Assembly: GCA_002269645.1 (NCBI GenBank) | Contig: NIVC01003299.1 | Location: 1 to 60,474 of the forward strand | Origin: Macrostomum lignano | Taxonomy: Eukaryota | DNA: 60,474 nucleotides | Direction: 5' to 3' | Shown here: positions 25,125 to 38,529 of the stretch, one piece after another | How the letters are laid out: each line of letters begins with the position of its first letter | Position numbering within the stretch: position 1 is the first letter of the stretch | Notes under the pieces: model-generated | What the model was told of the DNA's origin: nothing | Database searches by the model: none | Seen by the model: only the letters and a program-made list of their open reading frames with translations | Program-made: the position numbers and the translations under genes

Positions 25125-25600
25125 ATCTTCTCATGGCTTTTCTCATGTCTTCTCATAGCCTTTCTCATGTCTTCTCGTGGCTTTTATCATGTCTTCTCAA
25201 GGCTTTTCTCATGTCTTCTCATGGCTTTTCTCATGCCGTCTTATGGCTTTTCTCATGTCTTCTCATGACTTTTCTCGTGTCGTCTCATGACTTTTCTCAT
25301 GTCTTCTCATGGCTTTTCTCATGTCTTCTCATGGCTTTTCTCATGTCTTCTCATGGCTTTTCTCATGTCTTCTCATGACTTTTCTCATGCCGTCTCATGG
25401 CTTTTCTCATGTCTTCTCATGACTTTTCTCGTGCCGTCTCATGGCTTTTCTCATGTCTTCTCATGGTTTTTCTCATGTCTTCTCATGGCTTTTCTCATGT
25501 CTTCTCATGACTTTTCTCGTGCCGTCTCATGGCTTTTCTCATGTCTTCTCATGTCTTCTTAAGGCTTCTCTCATGTCTTCTCGGGGCTTTTTCTTGTATC
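25125..25600. repeat. 22-bp minisatellite (TTTTCTCATGTCTTCTCATGGC)n
   Basis: Direct reading. Confidence 0.93.
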
Positions 25601-25789
25601 TTCTCATGGATTTACTCGTGTAGTCCCATGGCTTTTCTCATGTTTTCTCATTGCTCTTCTCGTGCCTTCTCCACGAATCCCAGCTCATCTCAGCTTCCCC
25701 ATTTCGTCATCAGATCTCTGCTCAGATCGCGCAGTCTCCGCCCAATAAACATTAAACATTAAACAATAATCTTTTGCAATGGCTTCAAT

Positions 25790-26160
25790 TCTCAGTGTCT
25801 CATGCCATCTCATGCTGAGATCTCTGACTCTCTCAGTGTCTCACTGCTATCTCATGCTGAGATCTCTGACTCTCTCAGTGTCTCACTGCCATCTCATGCT
25901 GAGATCTCTGACTCTCTCAGTGTCTCCTGCCATCTCATGCTGAGATCTCTGACTCTCTCAGTGTCTCTTGCCATCTCATGCTGAGATCTCTGACTCTCTC
26001 AGTGTCTCTTGCCATCTCATGCTGAGATCTCTGACTCTCTCAGTCGCAGGTTTGCTGGGTGCTGATTGCTGAGTGTCTGAGTGCTGGGTGTCTGATTGCT
26101 GGCTGTCTGAGTGCTGGGTGTCTGAATGCTGGGTGTCTGATTGCTGGCTGTCTGGGTGCT
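25790..26160. repeat. 42-bp array (25790-26045) abutting a 15-bp array (26055-26160)
   Basis: CTCAGTGTCTCACTGCCATCTCATGCTGAGATCTCTGACTCT x6; GCTGGGTGTCTGATT x7. Confidence 0.9.
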
Positions 26161-26584
26161 GAGCAGTCAATCATAAAATTAGTTTTGAAGCCTAATCATA
26201 AACGTAGTTGCACAAAAATACCAGAAAAAAGACCAGGAAGGGCTGCTAGCATCTGCAGATTTGTTGGTTAAATAAATAAAAGTACATTGACAATCTGGTG
26301 ATATAAAGACCAACAGAAAAAAGCAGTACATTTTGTTGTCTTCTTTTATTTTTTTTTTCATTCAAGGAAAGCTACTTACAGTAGGCGGATGTACTTTATA
26401 CAGCAGGAACGCGGGAAGGTCAAACAGGTACTCCAAACCCGAATAAGGTGCAGTACTCCCGTCCATCACCAGCCGTTAGTATCTTCAACAAAATGAAAAA
26501 CTGTGGCATAACTTCGAACTTCTACTCTAAACAAAACATAGCAGTGAGCAGGGAGACAACAATGATGCACGCCTGATCAAGTTC

Positions 26585-29500
26585 TCAAATCTCGTTGAGA
26601 ATGCTCTGCTCAGACAGGTGAGACAAATTCTTCAAATCAATGGGTAAGTTGCCATCGTATAGGGAAGGCGCCTGCAGGATGATCCCGATTGTGCCTGCAA
26701 TTTTCAGGTTTAGAATGCAGCGCATCTTTCTGCTTCAAGGACTGTCTTACTAAGCAGTCGGTTCTCCCACTCACCTAGAATGCAAGCGATTGAGAAAATC
26801 CAAAGAAACAGCCTGTCAAGCACCATGGCAACGAACTTCCAGTCCTCTTTGATCTGAAATAATTGATCATAAATCACCTTTGTCTAATAAATTTGACTAT
26901 AGAAAATGCGTCTCCATGATCATCGATAGCATGTGTAATGTGTCTCAATGTCTCTCCCATTATCATGTGCAATGTGTCTCAATATCTCTCCCATTATCAT
27001 GTGCAATGTGTCTCAATATCTCTCCCATTATCATGTGCAATGTGTCTCAATATCTCTCCCATTATCATGTGCAATGTGTCTCAATATCTCTCCCATTATC
27101 ATGTGCAATGTGTCTCAATGTCTCTCTCGTTATCATGTGCAATGTGTCTCAATATCTCTCCCATTATCATGTGCAATGTGTCTCAATATCTCTCCCATTA
27201 TCATGTGCAATGTGTCTCAATGTCTCTCTCGTTATCATGTGCAATGTGTCTCAATGTCTCTCCCATTATCATGTGCAATGTGTCTCAATATCTCTCCCAT
27301 TATCATGTGCAATGTGTCTCAATGTCTCTCTCGTTATCATGTGCAATGTGTCTCAATATCTCTCCCATTATCATGTGCAATGTGTCTCAATATCTCTCCC
27401 ATTATCATGTGCAATGTGTCTCAATGTCTCTCTCGTTATCATGTGCAATGTGTCTCAATGTCTCTCCCATTATCATGTGCAATGTGTCTCAATATCTCTC
27501 CCGTTATCATGTGCAATGTGTCTCAATATCTCTCCCATTATTATGTGCAATGTGTCTCAATGTCTCTCCCATTATCATGTGCAATGTGTCTCAATATCTC
27601 TCCCGTTATCATGTGCAATGTGCCTTAATGTTTCTATTGCACCCGATATGATGTGAAATGTGTCTTCTCACACTCTTCTCTACATCGTCCTGCTTCAGGT
27701 GACGCGCGATGAACTCGACGCCGTCCAGAGCGGCATGGACATCCCGCTTGAAGCGCGGCTGCTTCTGCCCCGACGCTGAACTGGCAGCTGCCGCGGCAGC
27801 CATATTCCGCGAATTCCGCGCCTCGTCGCTGGAGTTCAGCAGCAGCACCTCCAGGTCCCTGGCCAGACGGCGTCGTCGGCCAACCTCCGGGGACGTCCCG
27901 GCTGATGCTGCATCCGGTCGCTGCTCGCCGGAGCTGTGCAGGAGCGGCTGCTGCTGCTGCTGCTGCTGCTGATGCCACGTTGCTGGAGGCGGAGACTGCG
28001 GCACGGACGCCCGACTTCGGTTGAGGGTGGCTCGGCCGAGGTCTTGCAGGCGCTGCGTTATTTTTAACAAAATGGTCAATCGAGCTATTTGAAGTTGAAC
28101 GAGAAATATTTAGACTAGGCTGATTACTCTACTGTCAGTAGAGAAGTAGTAACTTCTATTTTTTGTGTTGTTTGAGTTTTTTTCAAATACATTTACGATA
28201 TTAAATGTCTCATGCAATTTCATCAGACGCTAATCTTAAAAGCCACACTGTTTACGAGCTACGAGTAGATGCATTGAGAAGCCACAGTGAGAAGCCACAG
28301 TGAGGGAGAAGCCACAGTGAGAAGTTACAGTATAGAAGCCGCAGTGAGAAGCCACAGTATAGAAGCCACAGTGAGAAGCCACAGTGAGGGAGAAGCCGCA
28401 GTGAGAAGCCACAGTGAGAAGCCACAGTATAGAAGCCACAGTGAGAAGCCTAGAGCTCAAGTTACTCACCTCATGCATGCTGGGCCTCGGCATCAGCAGC
28501 AGCTCAGGCAGTGACTCAAGAAAGAGTCGCCGCACCCAGGGCGCCATCCGGTGGGTGCTGGGACCCCGGAAGTGCACGTTGAGCACCACCACAGTGACTA
28601 CAATCGACAAGGTGACGAGAATCATGGTGAACAGCAGGTACTTGCCAATCAGAGGCACAACAAGCGATGTTGGCGGTATTGTCTCTGCCAGCAGAAGGAA
28701 GAACACGGTGAGAGCCAGCAGGATGGAGATGCACAGGGTGATCTTTTCGCCGCTGTCGGATGGCAGGTAGAACACCATCACGGTTAGGAAGCTGATGGCG
28801 ACGCAGGGAATGATGAGGTTCACGGTGTAGAATAGGGTCTTGCGGCGCAGCACGATGGTAAAGGTGATGTCCGGGTACGGCTCCGGACAGCAGGGGTAGG
28901 TCTTCTCGTTCCGCCTGGCTGGCACTCGCATCACGTCCCACTCGGTGGACTCGTAGAAGGTCTCCAGATCGATGCCGTAGTCCACCTCCCATTGGCTGGT
29001 GTTGGCCTGCTGAATGTGGCGAAGGTCCACCTGGGAAGAGAGGTGTTTGAAGGAGATTGGTCGGCGCCCTTTGATGTGCTTTGAGAGAGATTGGTCGGCG
29101 CCCTTTGATGTGCTTTGAGAGAGATTGGTCGGCGCCCTTTGATGTGCTTTGAGAGATTGGTCGGCGCCCTTTGATGTGCTTTGAGAGAGATTGGTCGGCG
29201 CCCTTTGATGTGCTTTGAGAGAGATTGGTCGGCGCCCTTTGATGTGCTTTGAGAGAGCTTGGTCGGCGCCCTTTGATGTGCTTTGAGAGAGATTGGTCGG
29301 CGCCCTTTGATGTGCTTTGAGAGAGCTTGGTCGGCGCCCTTTGATGTGCTTTGAGGGAGCTTGGTCGGTGCCCTTTGATGTGCTTTGAGAGAGATTGGTC
29401 GGCGCCCTTTGATGTGCTTTAGGGAGATTGGTCGGTGCCTTTGATGTGCTTTGAGAGAAATTGGTCGGCGCTCTTTAATGTGCTTTGAGGGAGATTGTTC

Positions 29501-32500
29501 TGTGTCCTTTGATGTAATACGAGAGATTGTGCCGGCGCCTTTTGATTTCATACGAGAGATTGTGCCGGCGCCTTTTGATTTCATACGAGAGATTGTGCGG
29601 CGCCCTTTAATTTCATAAGAGAGACTGTTCGGCGCCCTTTGATATGCTTTGAGAGAGATTGGTCGGCACCCTTTGGTGTCAGAATAGAGACTGTTTGTTC
29701 GGCGCCCTTTGATGTGTTTTGAATGAAATTGGTCAGCGCCCTCTGATAATTAATAAAATCATAAATCTACGCTAAGCGTACGATAAAAATGTTCAATATT
29801 GATTTTTTAGAGTGAATCTTAGGCATACGTGCATTGCACTACTGCTAGTAGTTATTATTGAGTGCGATGAGTAGGCTAGGTGAAATGAAGACCCGAGCTC
29901 GTCAAGCCGAGGCTGGCGTGAAAAATCAAGCGCTTTCTTCGCCCAGGGGATAATTGAAAGCGAGCTGAAAGGGAGAAGTTTTTTATCTGCTTCTGCGCCG
30001 AGTGTGAGGGGCTTTCAGGCGGCAAGATGAAGAGGCTGGGTGGAAACCAGGGACCCAGAGTGAGATAAGAGGCTTGAAGCTTCTCAAGTCCTGAATTGGA
30101 CTTTGCTGGCAAATATGCGAATGAAACTTTCTTTGGGCAATGGCGAGAACATAAGGAGAAGAGATCAGGATGCTGAGATGGTCAAAAATATTTAACTTGC
30201 AAATTTCAGCTGCCATGCATTAAAAATGCGGTTAGTTGGAGCAGAGACAAGGCGCAATATCGTACTCGTGTGGCACAGGACAGGGAAGAAAATACTAAGA
30301 AATTGAGAAAAGGTAAGGGAGAGGATGAAAGGATAGACAAGGGAGAGGAAAGGGAGAGAGTAAAGTGAGAGACTGAAGGGAGAGAGAAGGGAGAGAGAAG
30401 GGAGAGAGAAGGGAGAGAGAAGGGAGAGGAAAGGGAGAGAGAAGGGAGAGAGAAGGGAGAGACTGAAGGGAGAGAGAAGGGAGAGACTGAAGGGAGAGAG
30501 AAGGGAGAGTGAAGGGAGAGAGAAGGGAGAGGGAAGGGGGAGAGAAGGGAGAGAGAAGGGAGAGGGAAGGGGGAGAGAAGGGAGAGAGAAGGGAGAGAGA
30601 AGGGAGAGGGAAGGGAGAGAGAAAGGAGAGAGAAGGGAGAGAGAAGGGAGAGAGAAGGGAGAGAGAAGGGAAAGAGAAGTCAGGGGAAGGGAGAGAGAAG
30701 GGAGAGAGAAGGGAGAGAGAAGGGAAAGAGAAGGGAGAGAGAAAGGAGAGAGAAGGGAGAGAGAAGGGAGAGAGAAGGGAGAGAGAAGGGAGAGAGAAGT
30801 CAGGGGGAAGGGAGAGAGAAGGGAGAGAGAAGTCAGGGGGAAGGGAGAGAGAAGGGAGAGAGAAGTCAGGGGGAAGGGAGAGAGAAGGGAGAGTGAAGTC
30901 AGGGGAAGGGAGAGAGAAGGGAGAGAGAAGAGAGAGAATATGTTATTTTGCATATCTCAGTAGAAACCTGCAATCCGTCGTATGTCCAGCTGCCAAACTT
31001 CATCGTGCACTCCTGGCTGTCGAATGGGAAAAACTCCACATCAATTTGGCAGGAGGATTTATAGATGGCCGGCGGCTCCCATAGAATTTTTCCCGTACTT
31101 TTCAGTGACGCCTTCGTCATGAGCGTCACCTCGTAGTTGCCGTCGGCGCTGTTCAAATTTTATGTGATAGACAATTGTTAACGTGTGCTAAATAATCTGA
31201 AAGATGAGTAAGCTGGATGCTAACTGCGTGCAGATAGGGATAGTCTTAAGGGTGTGACATTTCAGCTGATAACTGCAGGTGAGAGGGATAGGGTAGGGTA
31301 GAGTGAGAGGGAGATGGAGAGTGTCTGGGGAGAGGGAGAGTGAGAAGGAGAAGGTAAGAGGGAGAGTGAGAGGGAGAAGGTAAGAGGGAGAGTGAGAGGG
31401 AGAAGGTAAGAGGGAGAGTGAGAGGGAGAAGGTAAGAGGGAGGGTGAGAGGGAGAAGGTAAGAGGGAGGGTGAGAGGGGGAAGGTAAGAGGGAGAGTGAG
31501 AGGGAGAAGGTAAGAGGGAGAGTGAGAGGGGAGAAGGTAAGAGGGGGAATGAGAAGGAGAAGGTAAGAGGGAGAGTGAGAGGGAGAATGTAAGAGGGAGA
31601 GTGAGAGGGAGAAGGTAAGAGGGAGAGTGAGAGGGGAGAAGGTAAGAGGGGGAATGAGAAGGAGAAGGTAAGAGGGAGAGTGAGAGGGAGAAGTTAAGAG
31701 GGAGGGTGAGAGGGGGAAGGTAAGAGGGAGGGTGAGAGGGGGAAGGTAAGAGGGAGAGTGAGAGGGAGAAGTTAAGAGGGAGGGTGAGAGGGGGAAGGTA
31801 AGAGGGAGGGTGAGAGGGGGAAGGTAAGAGGGAGAGTGAGAGGGGGAAGGTAAGAGGGAGGGTGAGAGGGGGAAGGTAAGAGGGAGAGTGAGAGGGAGAA
31901 GGGGTGAATTGGAAGGGTGAAGCAGTTTAGGGGCATTCTATAGTCTCTGAATGGTCAACCGCATCATATAATCCTCACTTGTTGTACAGCACAATATCCG
32001 GCAACCAGATGTGCTCAGACGGAATGTAGAGTGTGCTCACTCCGTGGTACTTTGCTGGATCCCACGTTAGTTTGCTGTCATACCACACCTGAATGCGATT
32101 GAGCATCGTGTATGTTTTGAGCAAATATTGAGCAAAGAGCAAAAGCAACAGAAATCAATAAACGAGCGGTGGGACACTGACCTCTCTTAGCCAAACATTT
32201 GTGGTCATGATCTGGTTCTTCTCGTCCTGAAAATTAACAAATTTGGTGCCCGTTTAAAACCTAATTAAGGAGCAGATAACTTTCCTCAAACAGAGGACAC
32301 CTCTCCTCAAATAGAGGACACTTCTCCTCAAACAGAGGACACCTTTCCTCGAACAGAGGACACCTCTCCTCAAACAGAAAATACTTCTCCTCAAACAGAA
32401 AATACCTCTCCTCAAACAGAAAATACTTCTCCTCAAACAGAGGACACCTCTCCTCAAACAGAAAATACTTCTCCTCAAACAGAGGACACCTTTCCTCGAA

Positions 32501-35230
32501 CAGAGGGCACTCCTCCTCAAACACAGGACACCTCTTCCCAACCAGAGTACACATCAAAGTGTGAAGTGAAGCTGGTTTTAGCCTTAATTTCCAACAAATG
32601 TATTGAGCAGTTAAAGTTTGACACAACAGTCTGTCTCAGGCTTATTCTGGCTAACCTTAGTCGATATCAAGAAACGAGTTGCTGTCGATCAGTTTAATCT
32701 GGAATTAATATTTCAGGGACTTTATCGCACGCTAGCATAGGTAGTTTCCAATACCTAGGCAATTAACACCCACTACTACCAAAACCTGTAGGACAGCATA
32801 TCACTAAGGCTGCTGCCGTCACCGCCCAGCTGAAGTATTGATTGGCCCTAAAGAGAGGTTCAAGTGACGGCTGGGGCACAGGAGGTCAAAGTCGCCGCCT
32901 CTGCCTGCCTTGTGTCGGCTTCCCCTCTCTCTCTTGGATTCAATGCATTATCGATTTTAGTACAAGAGAGCTCAGCTTCTGGGCAGTCCTATTAGAAGCA
33001 AACAGACGCAAACGTCACTGCATACTGGTAGCAACGCATTTAGTGACACTGCCTTCATAGCAATACTCGCAGGAGGGCTGTAAACTCTGTATGCCTTGGG
33101 GGTCGGCCTTCATGGGTGTTGAACCGCACGAGACAACCCACCGGAAAATTTTCGCCTTATTATATCGACTCATCCATCCGAGCTCACCACGTCTATGAGT
33201 TGAGACAGTTTCAAGCCAAGATAGACGGTCAGAGTCTTGGAGTTGTTATTCACGGGCCTGATCAGTTTGTTGTAGTCTGTCTTGACTAGAAGATCATCGT
33301 AGAGACGCTTGGCATCCGGGTTGGCGAGGCAGCCACCTGCGGTGAGATGCGATTGTTTGCTAGGTAAGGGTGAAAGGCATTTGATGCACCCTGATTTGGG
33401 TGGCTAGGTACAAGAACCGAGGTACAAGAAACGAGGTACAAGAAACGAGGTACAAGAACCGAGGTACAAGAAACGAGGTACAAGAACCGAGGTACAAGAA
33501 CCGAGGTACAAGAACCGAGGTACAAGAACCGAGGTACAAGAACTGAGGTACAAGAACCGAGGTACAAGAACCGAGGTACAAGAAACGAGGTACAAGAAAC
33601 GAGGTACAAGAAACGAGGTACAAGAAACGAGGTACAAGAAACGAGGTACAAGAACCGAGGTAAAAGAAACGAGGTACAAGAACCGAGGTACAAGAACCGA
33701 GGTACAAGAAACGAGGTACAAGAAACGAGGTACAAGAACCGAGGTACAAGAACCGAGGTACAAGAAACGAGGTACAAGAAACGAGGTACAAGAACCGAGG
33801 TACAAGAAACTAGGTACAAGAACCGAGGTACAAGAACCGAGGTACAAGAACCGAGGTACAAGAACCGAGGTACAGGATATGCAGTACAGGACGTGTACAA
33901 GAAACTTCTACACGGGACTGTTTTCTGTTGGCCCTGGAATTCAATTCGATTCAATGATGAGGCGGCAGTCACTGGCACTGCAATCACTGGCTCATTGAGA
34001 CGGTGCAAACCTCTGCATATGGGAATCTAATATTAGTCTTAAAAATGATGTTAATCAGATTCCCAAATACTCTCCTGTGCGAGGAATATACATGTTACTT
34101 GTCCCCCTCTCATTTGTCCATCCAAGCAGATTCCATGATTAATTTTGAGCTCGCGAGGTGGTGGCTGGAGGGAACTCCGGGCAGCCCCATTTTTCATCCG
34201 CCCGTGCCCGCGGCCCGACTTAATTTTGTACGAGAAATAACATCATCAGATAGGACTGGGGGACAGCCCGTGATTTCTTAACCACTCCTCTCCTTCACGT
34301 CACTGACTCTTCTCTTCCCGTCTCCTTCCGCCTCTCACTACTTCTATCTCTACTCTCTCTACTTCTCCCTCCACTCTATCTACTCCTTCTACTCCCTCTA
34401 CTTCTCCCTCCACTCTATCTACGTCTCCTTCTACTCTATCTACTTCTCCCTCTACTCTATCTACGTCTCCTTCTACTCTATCTACTTCTCCCTCCACTCT
34501 ATCTACGTCTCCCTCTACTCTATCTACTTCTGCCTCTACTCTATCTACTCCTTCTACTCCCTCTACTTCTCCCTTCACTCTATCTACGTCTCCCTCTACT
34601 CTATCTACTTCTCCTTCTACTCTATCTATTTCTCCCTCCACTCTAGCTACTCCTTCTACTCCCTCTACTTCTCCCTCCACTCTATCTACGTCTCCCTCTA
34701 CTCTATCTACTTCTCCTTCTACTCTATCTACTTCTCCCTCCACTCTATCTACTTCTCCTTCTACTCTATCTACTTCTCCCTCCACTCTATCTACTTCTCC
34801 TTCTATTTTATCTATTTCTCCCTCCACTCTAGCTACTCTTTCTCATCTATCTACTTCTACTCTCTACTATATTATTATTATTACTACTATATTACTATTC
34901 TACTCTCTACCCTCTACTATATTAACTTCTACTTCTACTTTTACGTCTCTTTCCTATTTTCTTCCTTCTCTTTACTTTTCCCTCGACTTCTCTCTACTTC
35001 TCCATCTATTTCTCCATCTACTTCTCCCCTAACTTGTTCTCCCTTCTACTCCTGCCCCTACTCCTCCGTCTATTTATTTCCCTACTCCTCTCACTACTAT
35101 AACATCTACTCTTAGTCTCTTTCTCCTTCCCAACTCATTCCGAAGGCATGAATCAGAGCCAGCTCACCCACTCACCCATCAGGGTCAGCAGCAGATGCAG
35201 CACGGCCAGTTGCCACCGGCTCCGCTTCAT
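26585..35230 (-). CDS. nAChR-alpha (CHRNA-like): Nicotinic acetylcholine receptor alpha subunit, 9 exons, 556 aa, predicted cation-selective
   Basis: Exons in transcript order: 35176-35230, 33188-33336, 32182-32226, 31979-32088, 30968-31148, 28470-29030, 27672-28052, 26775-26853, 26585-26694. All introns GT-AG, total 1671 nt. [10 protein letters not shown], classic 45-nt and 110-nt exons, Cys-loop [15 protein letters not shown], loop B WTYDG, loop [10 protein letters not shown]1-M2 PSDSGEK, M4 [14 protein letters not shown]. Confidence 0.97.
26930..27625. repeat. 34-bp minisatellite (GTGCAATGTGTCTCAATATCTCTCCCATTATCAT)n in nAChR intron 7
   Basis: About 20 copies. Confidence 0.96.
28275..28450. 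repeat. 13/17-bp repeat (GAGAAGCCACAGT)n in nAChR intron 6
   Basis: Direct reading. Confidence 0.9.
29045..29740. repeat. 34-bp minisatellite (GAGAGATTGGTCGGCGCCCTTTGATGTGCTTTGA)n in nAChR intron 5
   Basis: About 20 copies, diverging away from the exon. Confidence 0.95.
30340..30935. repeat. 11-bp purine repeat (GGGAGAGAGAA)n in nAChR intron 5
   Basis: Direct reading. Confidence 0.93.
31320..31905. repeat. ~26-bp purine repeat (GAGGGAGAGTGAGAGGGAGAAGGTAA)n in nAChR intron 4
   Basis: Direct reading. Confidence 0.93.
32280..32540. repeat. 21-bp repeat (CCTCAAACAGAGGACACCTCT)n in nAChR intron 2
   Basis: About 12 copies. Confidence 0.92.
33405..33875. repeat. 14-bp minisatellite (GAGGTACAAGAAMC)n in nAChR intron 1
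   Basis: About 33 copies. Confidence 0.95.
34310..34860. repeat. ~21-bp pyrimidine repeat (CTACTCTATCTACTTCTCCCT)n in nAChR intron 1
   Basis: Direct reading. Confidence 0.9.
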
Positions 35231-35444
35231 TCGCAGCCGCAGCAGCCCAAGGCGGTCAGTCTGTCTGTGAACAAAAAGTGCAGCGCTGCAAATAGCGAGC
35301 CACAGATGAAGAACTGGAAACTGCGCCTGTGTCTTAAAAAACAAAAAACTCTATGAAAGCGATTTTGTTTCCATATGAAGCCAAGTTGCGCTTCAGTGCC
35401 TGGCTGCTAAAGAAACTTTACTGGCCCTACACACTGTGTTTGCT

Positions 35445-35490
35445 CCAATAGGAAGGCGTCACCTGATTGGACAGGACCATTTCAGCCAAT
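35445..35490 (-). promoter_or_regulatory. Cluster of three CCAAT boxes upstream of the nAChR start codon
   Basis: CCAAT 35445-35449, ATTGG 35466-35470, CCAAT 35486-35490; ~220-260 nt upstream of the ATG at 35230. Confidence 0.45.
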
Positions 35491-36289
35491 CAGAGGCGCC
35501 GGCTACTGAAAAGCCAGTGCTACCCACTTCTAGGAGGAGTTTCTGCCAAGCTAAGGCAGTTTATTGCCGAGGCTAACACTCGGACGAACTCATAAATCGA
35601 AAAAAAATTATAGGCTTCATTTTTCTGATCCGGTTTGAAAATCTGCTGCCAAAGACAGTCAATATAGCTGCGACTTACGCTGATGATGGAGACTGAGAGA
35701 CTGGGAAATGCCTGACTGTAATGGAGGAAGATGTTTAAATAAAAAAGTTTTGGCAGAAAAGAAGCGGGCAGACAGTCCCGGGGGTTGACGCCAGCAAGTG
35801 AGGCTTCTCACTGCTCTCAGTTGGCAACCTCCCGTGCAGTGTGAGCGTGCTCAGGCATCTGCTTCTGGGCCGCCCGCCAGCCAGCCCGACAACCCGCCAC
35901 AAAGAGCTGGGCTTTTTGTCTGCTGCTTTTGCGCGCTCCGTGCAACACCGTGTCCTGAAATTGCTGCAGCCTCGGGGGGGGGGGGCTAGGGGATTAGGGG
36001 AATAGATGTTTTTGGGAGAGGTGGAACTTTTCTGAGGAACTCAATTGCTAATGGATGCCATGTTTGCCGTGAAGATGGAGGGCTGGGTCGGCAGCAGGGA
36101 GGCAGTGGGTGGGGAGCTGTGGGCTTGAGTAGGATGAAATTATAATGGGAGGCAGTGGGTCTGGTAGAATAGGGGAATTTATGAATGGAAGAATTAATGT
36201 GCTAATTTTGTGTTTAGAATGGGAGAATTAATGATGGTGAAAATTGCTTATGTTTGTAGTCGGGAGATTGGTTCCCCCATTAGAAATGG

Positions 36290-37830
36290 GGGAATTTCTA
36301 ATTGGGAGAATGGGGGAATTTCTAATTGGGAGAATGGGGGAATTTCTAATTGGAAGAATGGGGGAATTTCTAATTGGAGAATGGAGGAATTTCTAATTGG
36401 GAGAATGGGGAATTTCTAATTGGAGAATGGAGGAATTTCTAATTGGAGGATGGGGAATTTCTAATTGGAGAATGGAGGAATTTCTAATTGGAGAATGGGG
36501 GAATTTCTAATTGGAGAATGGGGAATTTCTAATTGGAGAATGGAGGAATTTCTAATTGGAGAATGGGGAATTTCTAATTGGAGGATGGGGGAATTTCTAA
36601 TTGGAGAATGGAGGAATTTCTAATTGGAGAATGGGGGAATTTCTAATTGGAGAATGGGGGAATTTCTAATTGGAGAATGGGGAATTTCTAATTGGAAGAA
36701 TGGGGAATTTCTAATTGGAAGAATGGGGAATTTCTAATTGGAAGAATGGGGGAATTTCTAATTGGAGAATGGAGGAATTTCTAATTGGAGAATGGGGGAA
36801 TTTCTAATTGGAGAATGGGGGAATTTCTAATTGGAGAATGGGGGAATTTCTAATTGGAGAATGGAGGAATTTCTAATTGGAGAATGGGGGAATTTCTAAT
36901 TGGAGAATGGGGGAATTTCTAATTGGAGAATGGAGGAATTTCTAATTGGAGAATGGGGGAATTTCTAATTGGAGAATGGAGGAATTTCTAATTGGAGAAT
37001 GGGGGAATTTCTAATTGGGAGAATGGGGGAATTTCTAATTGGGAGAATGGGGGAATTTCTAATTGGAAGAATGGGGGAATTTCTAATTGGAGAATGCGGG
37101 AATTTCTAATTGGGAGAATGGGGGGATTTCTAATTGGAAGAATGGGGGAATTTCTAATTGGAGAATGGAGGAATTTCTAATTGGAGAATGGGGGAATTTC
37201 TAATTGGAGAATGGAGGAATTTCTAATTGGAGAATGGGGAATTTCTAATTGGAGAATGGGGAATTTCTAATTGGAGAATGGGGGATTTCTAATTGGAGAA
37301 TGGAGGAATTTCTAATTGGAGAATGGAGGAATTTTTAATTGGAGAATGGGGGAATTTCTAATTGGGAGAATGGAGGAATTTCTAATTGGAGAATGGGGGA
37401 ATTTCTAATTGGAGAATGGGGGAATTTCTAATTGGAGAATGGGGGAATTTCTAATTGGAGAATGGGGGAATTTCTAATTGGAGAATGGGGAAATTTCTAA
37501 TTGGAAGAATGGGGGAATTTCTAATTGGAAGAATGGGGGAATTTCTAATTGGAGAATGGAGGAATTTCTAATTGGAAGAATGGGGGAATTTCTAATTGGA
37601 AGAATGTGGGAATTTCTAATTGGAGAATGGAGGAATTTCTAATTGGAGAATGGGGGAATTTCTAATTGGGAGAATGCGGGAATTTCTAATTGGAGAATGC
37701 GGGAATTTCTAATTGGAGAATGGGGGAATTTCTAATTGGAGAATGGGGGAATTTCTAATTGGAGAATGGGGGAATTTCTAATTGGAGAATGCGGGAATTT
37801 CTAATTGGAGAATGTGGGAATTTCTAATTG
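36290..37830. repeat. 22-24-bp satellite (AATTTCTAATTGGAGAATGGRGG)n
   Basis: About 65 copies. Confidence 0.97.
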
Positions 37831-38529
37831 GAGATTGGGGGAATTGCAGATTGGGAGAATGGTGGATTTACTGGGGGCAATTATATTCATGGCAGGCCAA
37901 TTTGCAGAATCAGAAGTTACACAGATGAGGAAATCTGCATATTCTGAGACGGAAATTTCAGGGAGAAATTCTCGTAGTATGGGAAATCAGAAAGTAAAAC
38001 TCGGGAGTGTCAGACGGGGCTTGCAGAATGGGAGCAGAGAGTTCAGCCCCCCCCCCCTGTTCCACACGTGTTATTTGCCAGCGCTGTGGGAAAATTCCGC
38101 ACAGATGTTGCCTTCGGTTGCTCAATTTGACTTCTCTTCCGTTTATTGAGTAGCTGCAGACTGAACTTCAGCACCCGTTCGTTCTTAATCGATTTCTCAA
38201 AAAATATCTTTGAAAAGAAAACTCAGCAGAATAGAACGCTTAAAGTGCTACTGTTAGTATAAAAATAGTCTTTTATACTCTTTTTCTATACATTATTTTA
38301 CCATTTTTTTCTCTTTATTATTATGACACATCTAACGATTGAAAATCCTTAAGTACGGGTATACATGTAACTATCGCAATTTGAATAAGGAAAAGTACTT
38401 ATGTAGACATAATTACTGAACCAGCTCACACTCAGTATTTAACGCATTGGAATAGTCACGATGGTCACTCCTAGATTGTTATGGTGATCATTTCTTAATG
38501 GTTATCTTGGTCACTCTAATAAAAATTTA

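Noticed and set aside
23380-27656. 215-469 aa hydrophobic or Cys-rich repeat ORFs
   Set aside because: Satellite translations; the last set lies inside nAChR intron 7
28700-28790. Possible anion-selective receptor as in some flatworm/mollusc nAChRs
   Set aside because: M1-M2 linker is PSDSGEK with the conserved Glu and no Pro-Ala motif, i.e. cation type
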